From: an uncultured Oscillospiraceae bacterium
GTDB lineage: Bacteria > Bacillota > Clostridia > Oscillospirales > Oscillospiraceae
Direction: 5' to 3'
Length of the DNA stretch: 64,000 bases
NCBI GenBank assembly: GCA_947625285.1
Contig: CANQNS010000007.1
Coordinates: 11,253-75,252 of the forward strand
The notes below the pieces were generated by a model. That model saw nothing but the letters and a program-made list of their open reading frames with translations. It was not told where the DNA came from and did no database searches. The stretch's first letter is position 1. Every line of letters begins with the position of its first letter. Of this stretch, positions 55,188-64,000 are shown piece by piece. The translations under genes were made by a program, and so were the position numbers.

Positions 55188-57728
55188 ATGGAGCAATATG
55201 CTGTCACGGGCATGAGCTGCGCGGCCTGCAGCGCCCGGGTGGAAAAGGCGGTCCGGGCGGTGCCGGGCGTGAAGGAGTGTGCGGTGAGCCTGCTGACGAA
55301 TTCCATGGGCGTGGAGGGCACCGCGTCGCCGGCGGATATCGTGGCGGCGGTGGAGAAGGCCGGCTACGGCGCGGCCCTGAAGGGCCGGCCCGACTCCGGG
55401 GAGAGCGCCGCCGCCCCCGCCGCCGGGGAGGACGCTCTGGCGGACAAGGAAACGCCCAGGCTGATCCGGCGGCTCATCGCCAGCGCGGCGATCCTGCTGC
55501 CGCTGATGTATGTGTCCATGGGGCACATGATGTGGGGCTGGCCGGCGCCGGGATTTCTGGACGGCAACATCGTCTCCGTGGGCATCTATGAGCTGGTGCT
55601 GACGGCGGCGGTGATGGTGATAAACGGAAGATTTTTCGTCTCCGGCTTCAAAGCCCTGGTCCGGCGGGCCCCCAACATGGACTCTCTGGTGGCTCTGGGG
55701 GCCACGGCGGCCTTTGGGTACAGCCTGTGGGCCCTGTTCGCGGCCAGCTCCGCCATGATGGAGGGCGGGCATATGGCCGCCATGGCCTATATGCATGAGT
55801 ACTACTTCGAGAGCGCGGCCATGATCCTGACCCTCATCACCGTGGGCAAGACCCTGGAGGCCCGCAGCAAGGGCCGGACCACCGACGCGCTGAAAAGCCT
55901 CATGCGCCTGGCCCCCAGGACCGCCTCGGTGCTCCGGGACGGGACGGAGGTCCAGGTGCCGGTGGAGCAGGTGCGGCCGGGGGACGAGTTTCTGGTCCGG
56001 CCCGGGGAGAACATCCCGGTGGACGGCGTGGTGGTCTCCGGCGGCGGCGCGGTGGACGAATCCACCCTGACCGGCGAGAGCATCCCCGTGGACAAGGCGG
56101 AGGGCGACGCCGTCTCGGCGGGCACCACGAACAGCTCCGGCTTTCTCCGCTGCCGGGCCACCCGGGTGGGACAGGACACCGCCCTGGCCCAGATCATCCG
56201 CATGGTCAGCGACGCGGCGGCCACCAAGGCCCCCATCGCCAAGCTGGCGGACAAGGTCTCCGGGGTGTTCGTGCCCACGGTGATCTCCATCGCCCTTGTG
56301 ACGGCGGCCGGATGGCTGCTGGCGGGGCAGACGGCGGGCTTCGCCCTGGCCCGTGGCATATCCGTGCTGGTGATAAGCTGTCCCTGTGCGCTGGGGCTGG
56401 CTACGCCGGTGGCGGTGATGGTGGGCAGCGGCGTAGGGGCCAAAAACGGCGTGCTCTTCAAGACCGCCGCCTCGCTGGAGGAGACCGGCAAGGCCCGGAT
56501 CGTGGCGCTGGATAAGACCGGCACCATCACCCAGGGAACGCCCCGGGCCACGGATATCCTGCCGGCGGAGGGGGTCACGGAGGAGGAGCTCATAAAGGCC
56601 GCCTGCTCCCTGGAGCGGGGCAGCGAGCATCCTCTGGCCCGGGCCGTGCTGGAGCGGGCGGCGGCGGAGGGCGTGGAGCCGGAGCCGGTGACGGATTTCG
56701 AGGCCCTGCCCGGCAACGGCCTCACCGCCTCTCTGGCGGGCCGGACCCTGGTGGGCGGCAGCCAGAGCTTCATCAGCGGCCGGATCGACGTGCCCCCGGC
56801 GGTCCGGGACGGCGCGGAGAAGCTGGCGGAGGTCGGCAAGACCCCCCTGTTCTTCGCCCGGGACGGCCAGCTTCTGGGCGTGATCGCCGTGGCGGATGTG
56901 ATCCGGCCCGACAGCCCCGCCGCGGTGGCGGCCCTGCGGAACATGGGCCTGCACGTGGTGATGATCACCGGCGACAACCAGCGCACCGCCCGGGCCATCG
57001 GGGCCCAGGCCGGCGTGGACGAGGTGATCGCCGGGGTGCTGCCGGAGGGCAAGGAGAGCGTGATCCGCCGGCTGAAGGAAAAGGGCAAGGTGATCATGGT
57101 GGGCGACGGGGTCAACGACGCCCCGGCCCTCACCGCCGCGGACATCGGCATGGCGGTGGGCGCGGGCACGGACGTGGCTATCGACGCGGCGGACGTGGTG
57201 CTGATGAAAAGCGCGCTGGCGGACGTGCCGGCGGCCATCCGGCTCAGCCGGGCCACCCTGCGCAATATCCGGGAGAACCTGTTCTGGGCGTTTATCTACA
57301 ACTCTCTGGGCATCCCCCTGGCGGCGGGACTGTTCATCGGTCTGCTGGGCTGGCAGATGGACCCCATGTTCGGCGCGGCGGCCATGAGCCTTTCCAGCTT
57401 CTGTGTGGTGACCAACGCCCTGCGGCTGAATCTGTTCAAGTTGTATGACGACAGACACGACCGAGGGGCCGGCCATAAAAACGAACTGACTATAACGATG
57501 GAAAAGGAGAACGAAACGATGGAAAAGACCATGAAGATCGAAGGCATGATGTGCGGCCACTGCGAGGCCCGGGTGAAGAAGGCTCTGGAGGCCGTGCCCG
57601 GCGTGGCCGGCGCGGAGGTGAGCCATGAGAAGGGCACCGCCGTGGTGACCCTCTCCGGCGACGTGGCCGACGGGACCTTGAAAAAGGCCGTGGAGGACCA
57701 GGACTACCAGGTGGTGTCCATCGCCTGA
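55188..57728 (+). CDS. copA: Copper-translocating P1B-type ATPase CopA with N-terminal and C-terminal HMA domains
   Basis: N-terminal HMA GMSCAACSARVEKA, TGES, CPC (ISCPCALGLATP), DKTGT, and GDGVNDAPAL. A C-terminal HMA follows (MKIEGMMCGHCEARVKKALE). The ATG at 55188 has SD GAGGTGAGG upstream. Confidence 0.95.
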   Translation: MEQYAVTGMSCAACSARVEKAVRAVPGVKECAVSLLTNSMGVEGTASPADIVAAVEKAGYGAALKGRPDSGESAAAPAAGEDALADKETPRLIRRLIASAAILLPLMYVSMGHMMWGWPAPGFLDGNIVSVGIYELVLTAAVMVINGRFFVSGFKALVRRAPNMDSLVALGATAAFGYSLWALFAASSAMMEGGHMAAMAYMHEYYFESAAMILTLITVGKTLEARSKGRTTDALKSLMRLAPRTASVLRDGTEVQVPVEQVRPGDEFLVRPGENIPVDGVVVSGGGAVDESTLTGESIPVDKAEGDAVSAGTTNSSGFLRCRATRVGQDTALAQIIRMVSDAAATKAPIAKLADKVSGVFVPTVISIALVTAAGWLLAGQTAGFALARGISVLVISCPCALGLATPVAVMVGSGVGAKNGVLFKTAASLEETGKARIVALDKTGTITQGTPRATDILPAEGVTEEELIKAACSLERGSEHPLARAVLERAAAEGVEPEPVTDFEALPGNGLTASLAGRTLVGGSQSFISGRIDVPPAVRDGAEKLAEVGKTPLFFARDGQLLGVIAVADVIRPDSPAAVAALRNMGLHVVMITGDNQRTARAIGAQAGVDEVIAGVLPEGKESVIRRLKEKGKVIMVGDGVNDAPALTAADIGMAVGAGTDVAIDAADVVLMKSALADVPAAIRLSRATLRNIRENLFWAFIYNSLGIPLAAGLFIGLLGWQMDPMFGAAAMSLSSFCVVTNALRLNLFKLYDDRHDRGAGHKNELTITMEKENETMEKTMKIEGMMCGHCEARVKKALEAVPGVAGAEVSHEKGTAVVTLSGDVADGTLKKAVEDQDYQVVSIA

Positions 57729-57748
57729 AAGCCCGCAACCAGCAAAAA

Positions 57749-57779
57749 GGCGTCCCCGCATACCGGGGACGCCTTTTTT
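57749..57779. terminator. Bidirectional intrinsic terminator after copA
   Basis: 10-bp stem ggcgtccccg/cggggacgcc with a 5-nt loop. T6 lies downstream and an A5 tract upstream. Confidence 0.8.
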
Positions 57780-57793
57780 GCGGGCACTAACGG

Positions 57794-59142
57794 TCAAGGA
57801 GCGTCTTCATCAGGGAGTCTGCCAAGGATGCTGTCAACGCCATAATATTCGGCCAGAGAATGATTGGGCCATGCACGGGCATCTTCCGTGTCAAGATATT
57901 CGAGCCCCTGATAAGGATTGTATTTTGATATAAAAGGGAGGTGAGAATCCAGAACGATATTGGTCTTTCCCTCCGCCTTATAGCTGGCGATGAGCTCTTC
58001 GCGGATGTGAAAGTTTTTATAGGCGGATGCGACGTCGCCGCTGCCATAGATGACCGCGAAGAAACAGAATACCGCCAAAATGCCTGCACCGCAGCGGCAC
58101 AGGAGCATATATTTTGTCTGCCATAGCTCCGCAGCCAGAAGAGCTACGGAAAGAAGGAGAAGCAACAGAGTCGTACAAAAGCATCGATCGGGATAATAAG
58201 ACGCCACGACAAGCGTGTAGTTTGCCACAATACCCCCGAGCAGAAACAGCGCGGAGATAAGACACCGCTCCGGACTGACCTTGACAGACAGGCTCAGGAT
58301 GAACAGCACGACCCAAATGATAAGGAGCTGTTGCCCATGTACCTCCAGCATCGTTGTCGCATTCTTGAAGTTGATCAGCATGGCTAATACTGTCAACTCG
58401 GCCCCTTTGTGATGCTCTGCCGGCATGGAGAGAAGGGCCAGGTAGCCTAAAGCGGCCATGAGAACGGCGAACCAAAGCCACGTCTTCAGCGAGCCGCGTT
58501 TTGTGATGAACACGAGCAGCAAAAGAGCGGCGGACAAGAATATTACTGTAAGAGATGTGACCTCTGAGTATATGCCAACGACAAAGGATACCGTGCAGAA
58601 TATGATCTTGCAAAATACGTGTCGGGGGGGGTGGCGCGATTCCCGTTGGGGTCCAGGAAATGGTGGAAGAACGGACACAGGTACAAAACACCGCCCAGCA
58701 AAGCCCATATATAGTTGACAGAACCGTCCTGCCAGAGAGCTACCTCCCCAAAGGCTGGAAGATAATACCAAAACATGCCGCAAACAATAAGGAAAAGCAG
58801 AAGATTCCTCTGCTTATGATAATTCGCGATCCGATAGAGCAGATACATCAACGCCACATATACGCAGGAATTGCAGAGATTGAAGACCACCTTTGGAAAA
58901 AGCATGAAAAACTGCTCGAACCAATGGGCGATAACTCTTCCGTTTGTTTTAAATGCGTGGCCGTACATAGATAAAAAAATGTCAGAAACGGCCTGGATCC
59001 TGGTCCCGTCATAAAAGCTGTAGTGATAAGTAAAATCGTCCGCGATATACGGTGTCAGGCAATTTAATACAAAAATGAATAGAAACAGAAAAACGCAGGC
59101 GACCGTCAAGAGTTTCTTTGATGTATTGATCCTCTGAAGCAT
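57794..59142 (-). pseudogene. Frameshifted GT-C-like polytopic membrane protein (DUF6056/GtrII-like), split at a poly-C(8) tract
   Basis: The N-terminal part runs in one frame from the ATG at 59142 (MLQRINTSKK..TPYIADDFTYHY..). The C-terminal part runs in another frame down to the stop at 57794. The frames switch at the G8 run at 58624-58631. The total of 1349 nt is not divisible by 3, and one extra C gives a 449-aa ORF. The region is AT-rich. Confidence 0.7.
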
Positions 59143-59260
59143 ATCTTTTTTCCTTTCTGACCGGCAGATTTTAACACGCTTGGGCTCATTGAAAGAGAGT
59201 ATACCATGAAACATGCCGGAAGACAAGAAACCGTGCGCCACAAGAACGGACAGCGTCCTG

Positions 59261-61018
59261 TCAGCTCTGGGAGGAAAGGGCCAGGTCCTGGGCGTTCCAG
59301 AGCCGGGCGAAGGCCCCGTTCCGGGCCAGCAGCTCCTCCCGGGGGCCCAGCTCCACGATGCGCTCATCCTCCACCACCGCCACCAGATCCGCGTTTTTCA
59401 CCGTGCTCAGCCGGTGGGCGATGATGATGCTGGTGCGCCCCTTGGCAAGCTGGTCCAGGGACGCCTGGATGCGCTGCTCCGTCACGCTGTCCAGCGCGCT
59501 GGTGGCTTCGTCCAGGATCAGCACCGGCGGGTTTTTCAAAAACACCCGTGCGATGGAGAGCCGCTGCTTCTGGCCCCCGGAGAGCATCACGCCCCGCTCC
59601 CCCACGAAGGTGTCATACCCGTCGGGCATGGCAAGGATCTCCTCATGTATCTCCGCCCGGACGGCGGCCCGGATGATGTCCTCGTCCGTGGCGTCCGGCC
59701 GGCCGTAGCGGATGTTCTCCCGGATGGTGTCCGCGAACACGAACACGTCCTGCTGGATGATGCCGATGGCCCGGTGCAGGCTCCGCTGGGTCACGTCCCG
59801 CACGTCGGCCCCGTCGATGGTAACAGACCCGCCCGTCACGTCGTAGAACCGGGGAAGAAGTTGACATAATGTTGTCTTGCCGCCCCCGGAGGGGCCCACC
59901 ACAGCCAGGCTCTTCCCGTGGGGCAGGGTGAAGCTGACGTGCTCCAGCACGGGCACGCCGTCGGTGTAGGAAAAGGACACGTCCTTGTATTCCACGTCGC
60001 CCTTTACATCCCGCAAGTCCTTGGCGTCCGGCTTATCCACGATCTCAGGCTGGGTGTTCATGACCTCCCGGAACCGCTTGAAGCCGGTCATGCCGTCGGT
60101 AAAGACCTCGATGAAATCCGCCAGCTGGGTGATGGGCCGCACGAAGGTGGAGACATACAGGGAGAAGGTGATAAGGTCGACATAATCCATCTTACCCCGC
60201 ATGATGAAAAACCCGCCCGCGGCGATGGTGAGCACCTGCATCAAGCTCATGGTGGAGTCGATGCCGGCGTGGTAGATGCCCATGGTCTTGTACCAGGCTT
60301 TTTTGGCGTTTTTGAACTGGTCGTTGGCGGAGCGGAACTTGTCCGCCTCCGCGTCCTCGTTGGCGAAGGCCTTGGCGGTGCGGATGCCGGAGATGCCCGA
60401 TTCGATGGAGGCGTTGATCTCCCCCAGGGACTTTTTCACCTCCGCGTTGGCCTGGTCCATCCGGCCGTTCCAGTGGACGGTGAAGACGATGAACAGGGGC
60501 ACCACCCCCAGGATGATCAGGGCCAGGGGCCAACAGATGGTGCACAAAATGGCGAAGGCCCCCAGAATAGTCACCAGGCTCGTCATGAGGTTTTCCGGCC
60601 CGTGGTGCGAAAGCTCCGTGATGGCGAACAGGTCGTTGGTGATGCGGCTCATGAGCACGCCGGTCCGGTTCCTGTCAAAGAAGGAGAAGGACAGGGTCTG
60701 GATGTGGGTCAAAATATCCGTTCGCATATCCGCCTCCAGCCGGACCCCCATCAGGTGGCCCAGGTAGGTGACGATATACTTGCAGAACGCCTTGACCACA
60801 TAGGCCGCCGCCATGATGCCCATAACGGCGAAAAACAGGCTGAACAGCCGGTCCGGCAGCAGGGTGTTGAGGGTATAGCGGGTCACGTAGGGGAAGGTCA
60901 GGTCCGCCGCGCAGGCCGCCAGCGCGCAGAGCATATCCAGCAGAAAAAGCCGCATATGGGGCTTGTAGTAGCTGGCGAACAGCCGCACGGGATGGGCGGA
61001 AAAATCTTTCTCTTTCAT
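59261..61018 (-). CDS. ABC transporter, fused permease/ATP-binding protein (MsbA-like exporter)
   Basis: Six-TM exporter domain, Walker A GPSGGGKTT, signature LSGGQKQR, and Walker B ILILDEATSALD. The ATG at 61018 (MKEKDFSAHP) was chosen. Confidence 0.9.
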   Translation of the reverse strand: MKEKDFSAHPVRLFASYYKPHMRLFLLDMLCALAACAADLTFPYVTRYTLNTLLPDRLFSLFFAVMGIMAAAYVVKAFCKYIVTYLGHLMGVRLEADMRTDILTHIQTLSFSFFDRNRTGVLMSRITNDLFAITELSHHGPENLMTSLVTILGAFAILCTICWPLALIILGVVPLFIVFTVHWNGRMDQANAEVKKSLGEINASIESGISGIRTAKAFANEDAEADKFRSANDQFKNAKKAWYKTMGIYHAGIDSTMSLMQVLTIAAGGFFIMRGKMDYVDLITFSLYVSTFVRPITQLADFIEVFTDGMTGFKRFREVMNTQPEIVDKPDAKDLRDVKGDVEYKDVSFSYTDGVPVLEHVSFTLPHGKSLAVVGPSGGGKTTLCQLLPRFYDVTGGSVTIDGADVRDVTQRSLHRAIGIIQQDVFVFADTIRENIRYGRPDATDEDIIRAAVRAEIHEEILAMPDGYDTFVGERGVMLSGGQKQRLSIARVFLKNPPVLILDEATSALDSVTEQRIQASLDQLAKGRTSIIIAHRLSTVKNADLVAVVEDERIVELGPREELLARNGAFARLWNAQDLALSSQS

Positions 61019-61103
61019 GGTTATGTACGGTCTCCACAATTTAGAAATGGCGGGCCAGAACAGTCTGGCCCGCATAGCCTCGCTCCCGTTCAGAGCGGAT
61101 ATT

Positions 61104-63434
<2,331 letters not shown>

Positions 63435-63452
63435 GAAACGCTCCTTGAAAGA

Positions 63453-63998
63453 TCAGAGGGTTATGTAGTTTGCCAGCAGATTCAGGTTCATGATATAGTC
63501 GGCCAGGCCGGTGGCCCGCAGGGTCTCCTCGCTGAGAAGGATGCCCACGAACTGGCAGGCCCAGATCAGCAGCGAGCAGAACAGCAGGCCCGTGAAAATG
63601 CCCACCGCCACGCCGCCGATGTCGTTGACGATGCCTACGTACGGTATTTTGAAGCTCAGGTTGGGGATGTTCACCAGCACGATCAGGATGGCGAACAGGA
63701 TGATGAACGCCAGGATGAAGCCGGCGTACCAGGTGACGGCCTGGCAGGTGATGTTGACGATGGCGGAGCTGAGGGAGGAGTCGTTCTCCTCCACATAGGT
63801 GGTGGTGCGGTCGGTGAGGGTCTGCGCCATGCTGTCGTAAAGGCCCAGGGACTTATAGGTCCGATAGGCCACCTCCGGCTCCTTGTCCGGCTGCTCCACC
63901 AGCAGGTCCGTCATGGAGCGGTTGGTGTTCCAGTTGCCCTTTTTGTCCGCCTCGAAGCCAAAGACCTCATAGGTGGTCTTTTCCGCCTGGGCCTCCAT
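63453..63998 (-). CDS. Membrane protein, possibly CvpA-like (may be truncated by the window edge)
   Basis: The ORF reaches within 2 nt of the window end. Two or three C-terminal TM segments (WYAGFILAFIILFAILIVLV, GGVAVGIFTGLLFCSLLIWAC). The family call is weak. Confidence 0.45.
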   Translation of the reverse strand: MEAQAEKTTYEVFGFEADKKGNWNTNRSMTDLLVEQPDKEPEVAYRTYKSLGLYDSMAQTLTDRTTTYVEENDSSLSSAIVNITCQAVTWYAGFILAFIILFAILIVLVNIPNLSFKIPYVGIVNDIGGVAVGIFTGLLFCSLLIWACQFVGILLSEETLRATGLADYIMNLNLLANYITL

Positions 63999-64000
63999 AT

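Noticed and set aside
54716-55321. Upstream 202 codons of the minus-strand ORF 53768-55321
   Set aside because: They overlap csoR and the start of copA on the opposite strand, as well as the csoR promoter/operator region. DHH-family homology starts at the ATG at 54715.

Overview
GC-rich chromosomal segment. The gene content (CIRCE/HrcA, WhiA-RapZ-HprK, sortase, ECF sigma) fits a Gram-positive Firmicute; by composition I infer a high-GC Clostridia/Oscillospirales-type genome. Most genes lie on the minus strand and are tightly packed, often with ATGA or GTGA overlaps. From left to right the window holds: the hrcA-grpE-dnaK-dnaJ heat-shock operon with a CIRCE operator; dnaG-rpoD; a dGTPase-like HD protein; yigZ-type and hflX; a visibly AT-rich two-gene type II restriction-modification island between hflX and dnaE; whiA, rapZ, murB, hprK; rpmB; a small XRE/HTH and Ser/Thr-kinase neighbourhood; two tandem CNNM/CorC transporters; an ECF sigma/anti-sigma pair; a class B sortase with a (QQAPR)19 repeat; a ~20 kb envelope-glycan locus (2 YfhO, 4 GT2 including a GtrB-like enzyme, GT4, Wzx-like flippase, 2 ATP-grasp ligases, WbqC, WecE, 2 uncharacterised polytopic membrane proteins); a split chrA pair; a PfkB kinase; a 600-bp hairpin-dense gap between convergent genes; a SAM methyltransferase; a DHH phosphoesterase; csoR-copA with two clear operators; an AT-rich frameshifted GT-C-like gene; an ABC exporter; a ClpE-type ATPase; and a partial membrane protein. 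I saw no rRNA, tRNA, CRISPR array, transposase or integrase. The best candidates for new biology are the aminosugar/ATP-grasp/GtrB/GT-C glycan-decoration module, the repeat-bearing sortase, the poly-C frameshifted GT-C gene, the HTH-coupled membrane kinase, and the hairpin array with a possible sRNA. All coordinates include stop codons. Many long alternate-frame or antisense ORFs in the track are GC-composition artefacts.
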